Shown: positions 39,412 through 39,495 of the stretch, in pieces
Position numbering within the stretch: the first letter of the stretch is position 1
Layout of the letters: the number at the start of each line of letters is the position of its first letter
Source of the DNA: a virus
Lineage: Duplodnaviria > Heunggongvirae > Uroviricota > Caudoviricetes
DNA: 39,495 nucleotides
IMG/VR virus record: IMGVR_UViG_2695420897_000008
Strand: one strand, 5' to 3'
The notes under the pieces: generated by a model
What the model was told of the DNA's origin: nothing
Database searches by the model: none
The model's input: the letters and a program-made list of their open reading frames with translations, nothing else
Translations under genes and position numbers: made by a program

Positions 39412-39495
39412 TTACTGAGAGCTCAGATCAACTTTCCAGGGCAACAGATCGCGTACCCGGTTTGCCGGCCAGTCCTGGATATGTTCAATGACGTA
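39412..39495 (-). CDS. 3' end of an unidentified minus-strand gene running off the window (...YVIEHIQDWPANRVRDLLPWKVDLSSQ)
   Basis: Open frame from the window edge to TAA at 39412-39414; identity not recognised. Confidence 0.3.
   Translation of the reverse strand, partial: YVIEHIQDWPANRVRDLLPWKVDLSSQ

Overview
This window is an Escherichia-type chromosomal segment (yfhH, pgpC, tadA and a 5'-truncated mltF; about 2.46-6.04 kb) sandwiched between two parts of a rearranged myovirus-type prophage. Left part (1-2.4 kb): a promoterless tail-fibre C-terminal cassette, a frameshifted Pin/Gin-family DNA invertase and two AT-rich cargo genes. Right part (6.0-39.3 kb), almost all on the minus strand: tail-fibre constant region fused out of frame to mltF, Mu-like baseplate, tail, tape-measure, sheath/tube, head, portal and terminase genes, a lambda-like lysis cassette (holin, R-type transglycosylase, Rz with embedded Rz1), a Q antiterminator, an iteron array, a primase-helicase and a cro-like gene. 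Divergent from cro on the plus strand: a cI-like LexA-type repressor followed by small ORFs, a PD-(D/E)XK nuclease, a DUF2815-like protein, a family A DNA polymerase and a TIR-like-domain protein. The two phage parts share an identical 142-bp repeat ending in a gix-like invertase site, in direct orientation. Best candidates for undescribed accessory functions: a three-gene AT-rich moron in the tail module (9554-10637), an AT-rich membrane-protein gene inside the replication operon (35719-36348), the TIR-like protein (38523-39284) and the invertase-adjacent cargo pair (1211-2258). No integrase, tRNA, rRNA or CRISPR array was found in the window. All family assignments are from reading the translations and gene order by eye, with no database search; coordinates of small features were counted by hand.
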